Notes under the pieces: generated by a model
What the model was told of the DNA's origin: nothing
Databases searched by the model: none
What the model saw: only the letters and a program-made list of their open reading frames with translations
Shown here: piece by piece, positions 10,067-19,901 of the stretch
How the letters are laid out: each line of letters opens with the position of its first letter
Position numbering within the stretch: position 1 is the first letter of the stretch
Made by a program: the position numbers and the translations under genes
DNA from: Candidatus Bathyarchaeia archaeon
Lineage (GTDB): Archaea; Thermoproteota; Bathyarchaeia; Bathyarchaeales; Bathycorpusculaceae
Direction: 5' to 3'
Assembly: GCA_050010755.1 (NCBI GenBank)
Contig: JBEKKK010000002.1
Span: forward strand, 1-64,000
Length of the DNA: 64,000 nucleotides

Positions 10067-10489
10067 TCACGGATGACGATGACTTTCGAACTTCAGAGGC
10101 AGCAAATCCGCAACCGTCACCTTGTAAGGATGCTCCAATGATCCAACTATTACCCAAATGTCCTTGCCGAAATCACTGATCAGTTGACGACATCTTCCGC
10201 AAGGGCTCATCAATTCATAAGAGCCTTTTCCGTCTCCCCACACAGCCACAATAGCTTCGAAATCCCTGTAACCGTGTGCTAGCGCATGACACAGTGCCGC
10301 AACCTCACCGCACACATCAGCAAAGCCGCAGCTAGCATTAGTGTGAATGCCAGTGAACACCTTCTTGTCCTTCGTTCGAAGAGCCGCAGCAACCGTGTGA
10401 ATATCGTCAAGGTGCAACCGGTCAGCAGTTTCCTTGGCTACGCGAATTAAATCAAAATCCTCTTCGTTTAACTCAGTTCTCGAATCCAC
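10067..10489 (-). CDS. Cytidine deaminase family protein (all-Cys zinc site, blasticidin S deaminase-like)
   Basis: VAAALRT, VCGE and SPCGRCRQ motifs. Confidence 0.85.
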   Translation of the reverse strand: MDSRTELNEEDFDLIRVAKETADRLHLDDIHTVAAALRTKDKKVFTGIHTNASCGFADVCGEVAALCHALAHGYRDFEAIVAVWGDGKGSYELMSPCGRCRQLISDFGKDIWVIVGSLEHPYKVTVADLLPLKFESHRHP

Positions 10490-10560
10490 TCATTTCACCT
10501 ATTCTACGCGCGCAGAAGCGCAGGGCTTCATTCATGCGGTTATTGGGCGCTATCAACCTA

Positions 10561-11448
10561 TCATTTTCGTCCAGGCACTATTAGAACAGAGCATTCTGCT
10601 TTTTGGGTCACGCTGTCGCTGACGCTGCCGAGCAGAAAGCGTTCCACCGTTCCAGTGCCTCGTCGACCCACCACGATGACATCGTATTTTCCTTTCTTGG
10701 AAACTTCGAGAATTGTCTTCGATGGTACACCCATTTCAAGTCTTCTCTCAACCTTCAGTCCCGTCTTTCCAACGTTGGCTAGAGCACTTTCAAGAACTCG
10801 GGCACCATGTTCTTCAGCAACTTTAGGAGATACCTTGTGAAGCGCGTGTTCCTGAACGTTGATTAGGGTGAGCTCTGAACCCACCTTCTCGCCAAATTTA
10901 AGAGCGTAATCCAAAGCCCTTTTCGACTGCTGAGATCCATCAACGCAGACGAGCATCCTTGCCAGGCCGGTCACTGTTTTTGAGATGAGTATTGGACAAT
11001 CTGCGTGCATTATCACCTTTCTTGTCACGCTTCCAAGAGCGAAGGGCTCGGTCTCGTTTTCACCATGGGCTCCCATCATAATCAGGTCGTAGCCTTCCTT
11101 CGAGAATTTTAGAATTTTTTCAGCTACGTCTCCGCTTGCAGTTTCTGTATTTGCTTGGACGTTTTCTTCGTCGAACAATGTCTGAGCACTGCTGAGGATA
11201 ATCTCGGAGCGCTGCTGTCCACTCTCCAAGACCTCATTCTCAACTGCTTTAGGAAGAGGGTATACAGACCACAACTCGGGCAGAACATGCAAGGCTGTAA
11301 TAGAAGCTCCGGTCTTCTTGGCGATAGATGCGGCTGTCTCCTCAGCCACGACACTCAACGGTGACCCATCTGTAGGAACAAGAATTTTCCTCAAGACATC
11401 CTTTTCTACCAAGAGAGAAGCCACATCCCCTGAAATCTCGAATAGCAA
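10561..11448 (-). CDS. Universal stress protein, tandem USP domains (true start probably ~11394)
   Basis: KILVPTDGS...MGAHG...LGSVT and CVDGS...GRRG...LLGSVS. Confidence 0.92.
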   Translation of the reverse strand: MLFEISGDVASLLVEKDVLRKILVPTDGSPLSVVAEETAASIAKKTGASITALHVLPELWSVYPLPKAVENEVLESGQQRSEIILSSAQTLFDEENVQANTETASGDVAEKILKFSKEGYDLIMMGAHGENETEPFALGSVTRKVIMHADCPILISKTVTGLARMLVCVDGSQQSKRALDYALKFGEKVGSELTLINVQEHALHKVSPKVAEEHGARVLESALANVGKTGLKVERRLEMGVPSKTILEVSKKGKYDVIVVGRRGTGTVERFLLGSVSDSVTQKAECSVLIVPGRK

Positions 11449-11627
11449 GAGCCTTTATCGCTATTTTAGTTTTTCCGCCGTTATCTCCAAAAGGGCTGCA
11501 AAACAACGAGAAAACGACTACTTCACCATATCTTGATTAAAACATACCCACTGTCGTTTGTTTCCGGGTCTGCCATGCGACAAGGCTTAATAGACGATTT
11601 TGCATACGCTGAACAGGTGAAGAGAAT

Positions 11628-12581
11628 ATGAGCGGAGTGGATTCCTTCAAGAAGATACTGGTCCCCGTGGATGATTCAGTTTCTTCCTTGGCGGCTGAGG
11701 AACTCGTAGCCCTGATAGCTAAGAAGTATGATTCAGAAGTTACGGCTCTTTACGTTGTTTCTCACCCGTTTATGAATCGTTCGGTGATGAATATGGTTGG
11801 AGAAGTGGCTGAGCAGGAGTATGCGCCCAGCCAGACTGCTAGAGGTGGGGATCATTCCATGCCGAAACTGTTCGGGCCGCCAGACCAGGGCAGGCCATTG
11901 CCTGATGGGGTGGTCGGCGAGATAAGCGATTGGTACCATGAAAGGGGAGAGGAAATAGCAGGTGAAGCCTTCAAACTGCTTAAGGCTGAGGATGTTAAGG
12001 TTGACAAACGAGTTGTCGAGTTTCATGATCCTGCTTCTGCCATAATCAGACAGGTTGAACATGAAGATTATGACAGCATAGTAATGGGAAGAAGTGGCGA
12101 GAAATCAAAACAGCCGCATCTCGGAAGTACGGCTGAGAAAGTCGTGCGTCACGCCAAGGTGCCGGTCATGGTAGTCGCAGAATCTAGGCAAGCGTCAAAG
12201 GTCTTGGTTCCTGTTGATGGCTCTTATGCGGCAAACAAAGCTTTGAAGACCGCGGTGAACCTCGCGAAGAGAATGAATGCGAAGATCACGCTGCTTCACG
12301 TTCAAGAGACCGGCGTTTCCAGGATTAGACCTGAACTGGCCGAAGACATGGGGAACGCGATTCTGACGCAGGCCGCGAGCATGGTCAGAGACGTAGAGTT
12401 TGACAAGAGACTAGAGTCTGGCAGTCCTGGAACTGTGATTACCGGCATCGCGGAAGAGGAAAACTCTGATCTTATCGTGATGGGCGACAAGGGCCATGGT
12501 AGCGTCAGAAAATTCTTGCTCGGCAGCGTCAGCAACCACGTGCTGCACTACTCGAATCGAACCATCCTAATCGTGAAATAA
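11628..12581 (+). CDS. Universal stress protein, tandem USP domains
   Basis: KILVPVDDS...LGSTAE and VPVDGS...LLGSVSNHV. Confidence 0.92.
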   Translation: MSGVDSFKKILVPVDDSVSSLAAEELVALIAKKYDSEVTALYVVSHPFMNRSVMNMVGEVAEQEYAPSQTARGGDHSMPKLFGPPDQGRPLPDGVVGEISDWYHERGEEIAGEAFKLLKAEDVKVDKRVVEFHDPASAIIRQVEHEDYDSIVMGRSGEKSKQPHLGSTAEKVVRHAKVPVMVVAESRQASKVLVPVDGSYAANKALKTAVNLAKRMNAKITLLHVQETGVSRIRPELAEDMGNAILTQAASMVRDVEFDKRLESGSPGTVITGIAEEENSDLIVMGDKGHGSVRKFLLGSVSNHVLHYSNRTILIVK

Positions 12582-12717
12582 AACTGTTGAGCGCAAACAT
12601 TGAAGCGCGCGCTGGTTGTCACTTTAATTTAAATCATGTTTTCAGACAGCACGCGTCGTGAAATCTTTAACTCGCACGTTGAGAAGTGGGCGATTTTAGC
12701 AATGGGAACTTTGAAGG

Positions 12718-13098
12718 CTAATGTTGTGGAATGTCTGTTGCTCCAATCTTTGTCTTGAACTTTTCGATGAGACGTTCGGTCTTCTGTTTCCGTTCCCGTT
12801 CTTGCTTGTAGAATTCTGTGAGGTTTTCGCTGTCCTGCGGAATTTCTCTTGCATAGGGCCATTTGACATGGACCTCCGTGCAGCCTTGTCTTTCCTTGAA
12901 AACGAACTCTATCTCTAACGCTTTCCCAATCCAGCCGGGGCTGTATTCTACCAACAAGTAATTCGGATGGACTTCTTTCTTCATAATCAAGTTTTCCAGG
13001 CCCACCTCATTCAACGCCCTTTGAACCAAAGAAGAACACTCTTCGATTGGCGTGCTGACCAAGTATTTGCTTTCGAGGAATTTCAACAGCATTTGCAT
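12718..13098 (-). CDS. Hypothetical protein
   Basis: 126-aa ORF with normal protein composition, filling the gap. Confidence 0.6.
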   Translation of the reverse strand: MQMLLKFLESKYLVSTPIEECSSLVQRALNEVGLENLIMKKEVHPNYLLVEYSPGWIGKALEIEFVFKERQGCTEVHVKWPYAREIPQDSENLTEFYKQERERKQKTERLIEKFKTKIGATDIPQH

Positions 13099-13341
13099 CG
13101 TCCCGATTAACTTCAGACTCTCTTCTCATAAGCCTTATTCCATCCAAACCTAAAAGAAAATACTGGATTTAGAGATAGTCTCGACCGTTGGAGCCAACGG
13201 ACTATGTCTGTGCGTCTGGATTCCTAGCCGTTTTGTCGCCCGTGCCGTCGCGTTTCATCCGTTTTGTCGTATCGTTTGAGTATGAATTGTGGGTTCGTAA
13301 TTCTTTTACCCTCGGGTCGTGACAGAAACCATACAGGCTTA

Positions 13342-14244
13342 ATGGTTAGCTCTGGTGGGAGCTGTATATCTAGAATTGGTCGCGATTCGAGAGGTCTCAG
13401 CAACGTAGTAGTTGTGATGCTTAGCCTTATCATAGTGGTCACCATCGTCGTCAACGTGGTTCTCTTTAGTTATCAGATGAACCAGTCCGATCTGGAAAGG
13501 ATGCGTGAGAACGTTAAGATTATTGGCGTTTCTCAGGTCAACGGTTCTTCTCCCTGGTTTCCAGTTCAGCAAGAATTCACGGTGGACGCGGGCAGCAGGG
13601 TGAATGGCACCTACGTGGACACCCAAAGTCTCGACGGTTCATATGAGAGCTTTTCAGAGAGCCAATTCAACAACAGGCTCGAAATAGACGGCATTTTTGC
13701 AATAGACATCTCAACATATTCCCCCACCAACATCCAAACCGTCGAAATCCTCATCACCTACAATTCCAGCGACACTGGCGAGAACTTGTACATGGAAGCC
13801 TACAATTGGACCTCATCAGCCTTCAGCGACTTCGGCTTCAACTCAACATCAGGCAGCCTGCCCACAACGGGATGGAACAACTACGCCGTCAACCTAACGG
13901 ACCAGTGGAGCAGCTACGTCAGCAGCAACGGAACCGTGCTGGTAAAGATGTATGATCAGGGAACCGGCACAAACCAGACAACCATCGACATCGAGTTCAT
14001 GGCAGTGAGGGTAACGGCGCCGATGGCAAGCTTCACATTCGAAAACGACGGATCCAATACGGTTCACCTCATCGACTTGTGGATAGACAACTCCACATTG
14101 CATCAAAGATACGACATAAGCGTGTACATCAACTCCGGAGACACAGTCTCATACACCACTGCAAACATAAACCTGGCAGAAAAACCCTACACTGTCAAAG
14201 TCGTAACAGAAAGAGGAAACATTGCCATCTACCCAGCTGACTAA
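13342..14244 (+). CDS. Archaeal pilin/archaellin-like protein with class III signal peptide
   Basis: SRG|LSNVVVVMLSLIIVVTIV, N-glycosylation sequons and C-terminal VKVVTERGN; start uncertain. Confidence 0.7.
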   Translation: MVSSGGSCISRIGRDSRGLSNVVVVMLSLIIVVTIVVNVVLFSYQMNQSDLERMRENVKIIGVSQVNGSSPWFPVQQEFTVDAGSRVNGTYVDTQSLDGSYESFSESQFNNRLEIDGIFAIDISTYSPTNIQTVEILITYNSSDTGENLYMEAYNWTSSAFSDFGFNSTSGSLPTTGWNNYAVNLTDQWSSYVSSNGTVLVKMYDQGTGTNQTTIDIEFMAVRVTAPMASFTFENDGSNTVHLIDLWIDNSTLHQRYDISVYINSGDTVSYTTANINLAEKPYTVKVVTERGNIAIYPAD

Positions 14245-14376
14245 CGTTCACAGAGTAACCGTTACGTTTTGGAATCGGTAGGGCAGCTTTGGATACATAA
14301 CCGATTTGGAAGGTTGCAAGCTGTTTAGGAAAAGGAAATAAACGCGTAATGTGAAAGTGTCCGTGGTCTAATCTGG

Positions 14377-14454
14377 GCGGTCGTAGTCTAGTTTGGTCTA
14401 GGACATCAGCCTGCCACGCTGACGACCCGGGTTCAAATCTCGGCGACCGCACCA
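14377..14454 (+). tRNA. tRNA-Gly(GCC)
   Basis: GCGGTCG/CGACCGC acceptor stem, TCAGC-CTGCCAC-GCTGA anticodon arm, GGTTCAAAT T-loop, encoded CCA. Confidence 0.97.
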
Positions 14455-14542
14455 ACACCCTTCTTGAAGAGAGCCAGACATATCTCGCCAAAAAACTGCT
14501 TACATTCTTCTTCAAACTCGGATGTCTGAGAGGGCCTCGAGA

Positions 14543-15115
14543 TTAGCTCTTTCCACTCGCACGCTCTGGCGTCGATTGCGAAATGAAATTCGTGATGATT
14601 TCTGGGTTCAGAACTTCTGGATGGAACAAACAACCATAGAATCTCTTGTGTTTGTGTTCAAACATGCAGGTTAAGTTTCCAGAATGGCCTAGCGTTTCAA
14701 AGTTTTCATTCGGCTCTACAGCTTTGGAATTCAAGAAATAGGAGTTAAACTCATTCTTGGATGTGAGGTTGTTTTTCCTTACGATCTTGACTCTGTATTT
14801 GCCGATTCTTGTCCTCTCGAGGAGTCTGCAGTCGTAGAGTTTTCCAAGAATTTGCATTCCTGCGCACAGGCCGAGAACGGGCTTGTCAACTTCCGTTATC
14901 CACGTGAATTTCTCCATTTTGTCCATGTATCCAAAATCCTTCATGGCTGTTCCGCATATGATCACCCTTTCAGCTTGGCTGATGTCCCGACGATTCAGAC
15001 TCAGGTAGCGCTTTGTGACAGAATTCAATCCGGTTTTCCCAACAATGTCTTCGACAGGTTTCACAAACTCAAAATAGCTGAGTCCGTCCGAACAAACGTT
15101 GACTATGAGAATCAT
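14543..15115 (-). CDS. Class I glutamine amidotransferase (stand-alone)
   Basis: PVLGLCAGMQ nucleophile elbow and FHPE. Confidence 0.88.
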   Translation of the reverse strand: MILIVNVCSDGLSYFEFVKPVEDIVGKTGLNSVTKRYLSLNRRDISQAERVIICGTAMKDFGYMDKMEKFTWITEVDKPVLGLCAGMQILGKLYDCRLLERTRIGKYRVKIVRKNNLTSKNEFNSYFLNSKAVEPNENFETLGHSGNLTCMFEHKHKRFYGCLFHPEVLNPEIITNFISQSTPERASGKS

Positions 15116-15792
15116 TTGTCCATCAACCTGACATGTTTTATCGTGAACACGCCTGAATAGTCCTTGTAAGACACGTCATGATCCAAGATTTCGAGTCTTC
15201 TCTTAAAAAAAGGGGCATCCGTGACCGTGGTCTCCAATTCCCCACCTTCTCCAGCAGGGCTCAAGCCGTATTCTTGCTTCAACCTCTCCAGCCTCCGAAT
15301 CATATCAATGTCCAACCTTCGGCCTAGGAATTCTCTGTTCAAAGGAAAAGCAAAAACGCCCGATATGATAACTTCGAATCCACCTTGAACAACCTCGTTC
15401 AAGAGTTCAATCTCATCCTTAAGCCACAATGGGTCAAAGCACCACAAACCGAGTCGATTACAGATTCTCTGCACACGCGTCGACTGGTACACTGATTTCA
15501 CGGCGCCCGTCACGATTCCTCCTAAGCCAAAATCGGCTTTGGCCTCATCCACAGCACTTTTCAAGTCCTCAAGTTCCCTCTCTTTCTCGCCCTTCGTCCT
15601 TCTCTGAACAATAGGCAGCCCGATGGCCTCAGCCTGTCTCCCAGTCACCTCTATGTTGGGCACATGAAACATGTAGCTCTCCCGGTTCTCGGAAATCAAA
15701 CTGATCAAACAAACCACATCGTGAAAACACATCGACTTCTGCAACGCCAAACAAGAATCCTTCCCACCTGAAAACAACACCCCAACTCTCAT
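15112..15792 (-). CDS. Diphthine--ammonia ligase (Dph6) family PP-loop ATPase
   Basis: LFSGGKDS, SYMFH, PLW and GEGGELET motifs. Confidence 0.9.
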   Translation of the reverse strand: MRVGVLFSGGKDSCLALQKSMCFHDVVCLISLISENRESYMFHVPNIEVTGRQAEAIGLPIVQRRTKGEKERELEDLKSAVDEAKADFGLGGIVTGAVKSVYQSTRVQRICNRLGLWCFDPLWLKDEIELLNEVVQGGFEVIISGVFAFPLNREFLGRRLDIDMIRRLERLKQEYGLSPAGEGGELETTVTDAPFFKRRLEILDHDVSYKDYSGVFTIKHVRLMDK

Positions 15793-16009
15793 GAACCGTG
15801 ACTAGAACACCCTCCGCTAATAAAGACATTTTTCCCTCCTTCAAGACAAACAAGCCAAAACAACAAAACCGAACAAGATAGCTTTGCGATGCACGAAGCA
15901 CGTGAAATTGCATGGATCCATGTCCATGAAAAAACAAAACTATATTGAGCAGGTCTGACAGAATGACCCCGCCCTCGAAATACTTCGAAGACAAACGGAT
16001 GGCGCACAA

Positions 16010-17689
16010 TTGAAGGAGAAGAGTATCTTTGCTTATTCACTCACATTTCTCTTAATTCTCGGCGTTCTTTCATTACTCATGGCGCGGTATGGCCCTTCCA
16101 GCTCCTGGAAATTTCTGCTTGCCCTTTATCCGTTGGTCGTGATTCTGTTCGGGGTCGCCTTTCTGCGCAGAAGCGGTTTGTTCATGGCCGTGGTTGGCTT
16201 AGTGCTCGTCATCGCGTTGGCATTCCTGCAGTTCAGCACACCGTTTGAGGTGACTTTGCGTGCTTCATTGCACGGATTTCTCAGCAGTTTCGGGGTCTCA
16301 ATCTCGGTTGCTGCAACCATGCTGATGATATACCTCATGAAGGAAGCAGGCGCGCTTCAGACCGTTTCCAAAGTCATCAAGCAGCAAGTAATCGGTGATG
16401 AAGTCCGAGCGTTATACATCGGAATCGGCTTCGGCTCCTTCCTCACTTCCCTTGGCGTTGTCACTCCGGCACTGTTTCCTCCCCTCCTTCTGGCAATGGG
16501 TTTCAGCCCACTTGCTTCCATTGCCATAGCCGTTCTCGGCTACAATGCCACAACGAGCTTTGCGTTACTATCCATTCCCATAACTCTTCCAGCCTCCACT
16601 TTCGGCTTCAACCCCTTGGCCTTAGCCTTCAAAATCTCTGCTTTTCTACCCGTAATTTCAACGGGCTTTGCCTTTGCCGTCCTCTGGTTAATAGGCGGGA
16701 AAAAGTCGATGCGTAAAGGCGCCGTTCCGGCGCTAATCAGCGGCTTGGTTCTGGCCTTCGCCTGTCTTGCAACAACAAGCCTCGACTACTTCACCGGAGT
16801 GCAAATCGTTCCTCTCACACTCGTCGGAGTCATAGCAGGACTCTCCGCTATGCTCTCACTTCACCTGTATCAGAGACTCAAGCCCACACATGCAGAAGTA
16901 GTCAAGGATGCCGACTATCCGCCGAACCGCGAGGTTTGGCGTTCCTTTTCCCCCTGGATAATCCTCTCAGTGCTGGCAGGGGTCACGAGTATAAGTCAGA
17001 TCAGTGATTGGCTCCTACATTTTCCAGGAGACGCGCAGGTGATCAGAGTCTTCTCCAACGAACCAATCAACCTGAAGATTCTAACAGAGCCCTACACCTG
17101 GATATTCATCGCCATACTCCTGTCACTTTTCACCCTCAAACCTACAAAAAGCCAGATGAAAACCGCCACGAGCGTCTGGCTCAAACATTTCCTCGGCCCA
17201 TTCCTAACCTACAGCCTCTACTTTTCAATATCCTTCGTGATGGCGTTCTCAGCAATGCAGATCGTAAACGGTGCCCTGAACACAAATCCCCCAGGCTTCA
17301 ACCAACTGAACATGAACGTGATTCTAGGCACAACACTCGCATCAGTATTCGGCGCGGGCTACATCTTCGTAGCCGCCTCACTCGGCCTCTTCGGCGCAAT
17401 AGTCGCCGGCTCAGAAACCAGCTCCAACATCCTCTTCTACAGCATCCAAAAAACCGCCACCAACAGCCTCGGCCTAAACTCAGACTTCATGACAATCTAC
17501 AGTAGCCACGCCGTAGCAGGAGGCGTCGCAAGCGCCGTGACCCCGGCCAAAATCAACAACGCCGTAGTCACCATAGACGAATCACACGAAATCGAATCAC
17601 AAATGATGAGAAAAAACCTCATCATCGCACTCGCCCTAACAATCGCAACAGGCATACTCACAGCCGTACTCATCAGCCTAGGAATCTAA
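16010..17689 (+). CDS. L-lactate permease (LctP) family transporter
   Basis: Many TM helices; GAIVAGSETSSNILF and GGVASAVTPAKI motifs. Confidence 0.8.
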   Translation: MKEKSIFAYSLTFLLILGVLSLLMARYGPSSSWKFLLALYPLVVILFGVAFLRRSGLFMAVVGLVLVIALAFLQFSTPFEVTLRASLHGFLSSFGVSISVAATMLMIYLMKEAGALQTVSKVIKQQVIGDEVRALYIGIGFGSFLTSLGVVTPALFPPLLLAMGFSPLASIAIAVLGYNATTSFALLSIPITLPASTFGFNPLALAFKISAFLPVISTGFAFAVLWLIGGKKSMRKGAVPALISGLVLAFACLATTSLDYFTGVQIVPLTLVGVIAGLSAMLSLHLYQRLKPTHAEVVKDADYPPNREVWRSFSPWIILSVLAGVTSISQISDWLLHFPGDAQVIRVFSNEPINLKILTEPYTWIFIAILLSLFTLKPTKSQMKTATSVWLKHFLGPFLTYSLYFSISFVMAFSAMQIVNGALNTNPPGFNQLNMNVILGTTLASVFGAGYIFVAASLGLFGAIVAGSETSSNILFYSIQKTATNSLGLNSDFMTIYSSHAVAGGVASAVTPAKINNAVVTIDESHEIESQMMRKNLIIALALTIATGILTAVLISLGI

Positions 17690-17789
17690 CACTCACATCT
17701 ATTTCGAAATTGTATTGCCGGAGCGTGAAAGAGCATCGAAGGGACCTTCCGCCGCTAGAGCGAGTGCGCTGTTTTTGAATAGACAGCTG

Positions 17790-17867
17790 CACGTAACATG
17801 GAAATTTACGCTTACACATTACAAAGCAACATTACAACAGACGTAAAGAAAAAAAGGGGAGGGGGGC
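17790..17867 (+). repeat. Dispersed repeat copy 5 (subtype C)
   Basis: Near-identical to copy 4: CACGTAACATGGAAATTTACGCTTACACATTACAAAGCAACATTACAACAGACGTAAAG-A7-GGGGAGGGGGGC. Confidence 0.95.
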
Positions 17868-17954
17868 ACGCTTCATGGTCGAAATTATAGCGTTATACGG
17901 CAAACTCACAAAAGTGGCGACCGACGCGCATGCCTTTTTTGACCCCCATTTTCT

Positions 17955-18042
17955 GAACACTGCACCACGCAACATGGAAACTTACAAAGCAACATTACAT
18001 TGCAACATTACATCTGATGTAAAGAAAAAAAGGGAGGGGGGC
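17955..18042 (+). repeat. Dispersed repeat copy 6 (subtype A)
   Basis: GAACACTGCACCACGCAACATGGAAACTTACAAAGCAACATTACATTGCAACATTACATCTGATGTAAAG-A7-GGGAGGGGGGC. Confidence 0.95.
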
Positions 18043-18211
18043 CAACTGGACGAAGCGAACGCACCTGAAACCGAAACGTTTCACAAGTTCTCACGATGGG
18101 CTGATGTTCATAAACGTACATTTCATCATCACTGTAAGGTAACGCTTAAATCCTGATTGATTCACACTTGCTAGTTCCAAAAAGTTTGCATATGTAAAGG
18201 AGAGAGAAAGA

Positions 18212-19819
18212 ATGTCAGAAAGAACCCATAAGAATAGCTCTTATCTAAACGGCAAATCAACCACCGGAAGCCAAACACGCGTCAAAGACACAAGCCCCAC
18301 AAGCGGAATGTGCCCCATATGCATCCGCGACTGCCCATTCCTCTGCGAAATAAGCCTATCAGCATTCAGAGGAAGAGAAGCACTCTACCCTGAACCAGCA
18401 CAGTTCGGAACAAGCACCGCAGGCGCCCTCAAAGACTTCGGACTAGACTGGTCACACTTCAACATACAAGCAGGCCTCTTCGAAGCAGAAGGCACCGAAC
18501 CCATCAGCGACGTCATGATATTCCCCAACGTAAAACTCGAAACCAAAGTCGGAGGCATACAACTCAAACTCCCCATCCTCAACGGAGCCTTCGGCTCAAC
18601 AGACGTCGCAAGACTCAACTGGGAAGGACTCGCAATAGGCGCAGCCCTCGCAGGCACCTCTGTCATAGTAGGAGAAAACGTCGGCGGCATGGACGCAGAA
18701 GCACAAATCACCGGAGGCAAAATCACCCAATCCAAAGAACTCAAACGCAGAGTAGACCTATTCAGAAAATTCTGGGACGGAAAGAACGGAGACATAGTAA
18801 TACAGACCAACGTTGAAGACCAGAAACTCGGCGTCGACGTCTACGCCATCTCAAAACTCGAAGTAAACGTCATCGAAAGAAAATGGGGACAAGGCGCAAA
18901 AGCCATCGGCGGCGAAGTCCGCGTGAGAGACCTAGAAAAAGCCATCCTGCTCAAGAAAAGAGGCTACGTAGTCATCCCAGACCCGGAAGATCCCAACGTC
19001 CAAAAAGCATTCAAAGACGGCGTATTCAAATCCTTCGAAAGACACAGCAGAGTAGGCATACCCAAAGAGAAACCATTCATCGAAGACATCGAATGGCTCA
19101 GAAAACAAGGAGCAAAACACGTAACACTCAAAACAGGAGCATACAGACCATCAGCCGTCGCCTGGACAATGAAAATGGCATCAGAAGCCAAAATCGACTA
19201 CCTTTCCTTCGACGGCGCCGCAGGCGGAACAGGCATGAGCCCAGTGCCAATGATGGACGAAATGAGCATCCCAACAGTCTACCTTGAATCCATCGTCCTC
19301 AGATGCGCACAGATACTGAAAAAGAAAGGACGCTACGTTCCAGACCTCATAATGGCCGGCGGATTCATCGAAGAAACATCCATATTCAAAACCCTCGCCA
19401 TGAGCAACTTCGGAAACGGCCCATTCATAAAAGCCGTCCTCCTCGGACGCTCACCAATAACCGCCGTCATGAAATCCAGCTACTTCAAACAACTATCCGA
19501 AGAAGGCAAACTGCCAAAATCCTTCTCCGACAAATTCGGTTCAACCCCAGACAAATTCTTCATCGCAACACCCGAACTCAAAGCAAAATACGGCACACGC
19601 TTCAAAGAAATACCCTACGAAGCCATAGGAATGTACACCTACCTAACAGACAGAATAGGCGTAGGACTCAAACAACTACTCGCAGGAAACAGAAAATGGA
19701 AACTAGAACTCGCTAACAGAAACGACCTCATGAGCCTATCTGAAAGAGCCACCAAAGTCACGGGCATACCAATGGCCGACGAAGTAGAAAAAGACGCAAT
19801 CGAAAGAATCCTCGAATAA
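18212..19819 (+). CDS. FMN-binding glutamate synthase family protein
   Basis: CPICIRDCPFLCE, KWGQGAKAIGGE, DGAAGGTGMSP and MAGG motifs. Confidence 0.9.
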   Translation: MSERTHKNSSYLNGKSTTGSQTRVKDTSPTSGMCPICIRDCPFLCEISLSAFRGREALYPEPAQFGTSTAGALKDFGLDWSHFNIQAGLFEAEGTEPISDVMIFPNVKLETKVGGIQLKLPILNGAFGSTDVARLNWEGLAIGAALAGTSVIVGENVGGMDAEAQITGGKITQSKELKRRVDLFRKFWDGKNGDIVIQTNVEDQKLGVDVYAISKLEVNVIERKWGQGAKAIGGEVRVRDLEKAILLKKRGYVVIPDPEDPNVQKAFKDGVFKSFERHSRVGIPKEKPFIEDIEWLRKQGAKHVTLKTGAYRPSAVAWTMKMASEAKIDYLSFDGAAGGTGMSPVPMMDEMSIPTVYLESIVLRCAQILKKKGRYVPDLIMAGGFIEETSIFKTLAMSNFGNGPFIKAVLLGRSPITAVMKSSYFKQLSEEGKLPKSFSDKFGSTPDKFFIATPELKAKYGTRFKEIPYEAIGMYTYLTDRIGVGLKQLLAGNRKWKLELANRNDLMSLSERATKVTGIPMADEVEKDAIERILE

Positions 19820-19901
19820 AAAACCTCTCTTTTTTTATATTTTCTAAGCAACATTTAAAAGCGTTGACTTGTCTAGCCAAATGAAAATAGAGGTATCATC
19901 C

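Noticed and set aside
9960-10157. N-terminal extension of the aRF1 ORF
   Set aside because: It overlaps the deaminase gene, and aRF1 similarity begins at ATG 9959.
1348-18042. Repeat as integron attC, canonical ORB or dif site
   Set aside because: No RYYYAAC/GTTRRRY ends or one-per-gene arrangement, only a G-string in common with ORB, no 11-6-11 dif geometry, and no cdc6 or IntI-type gene.
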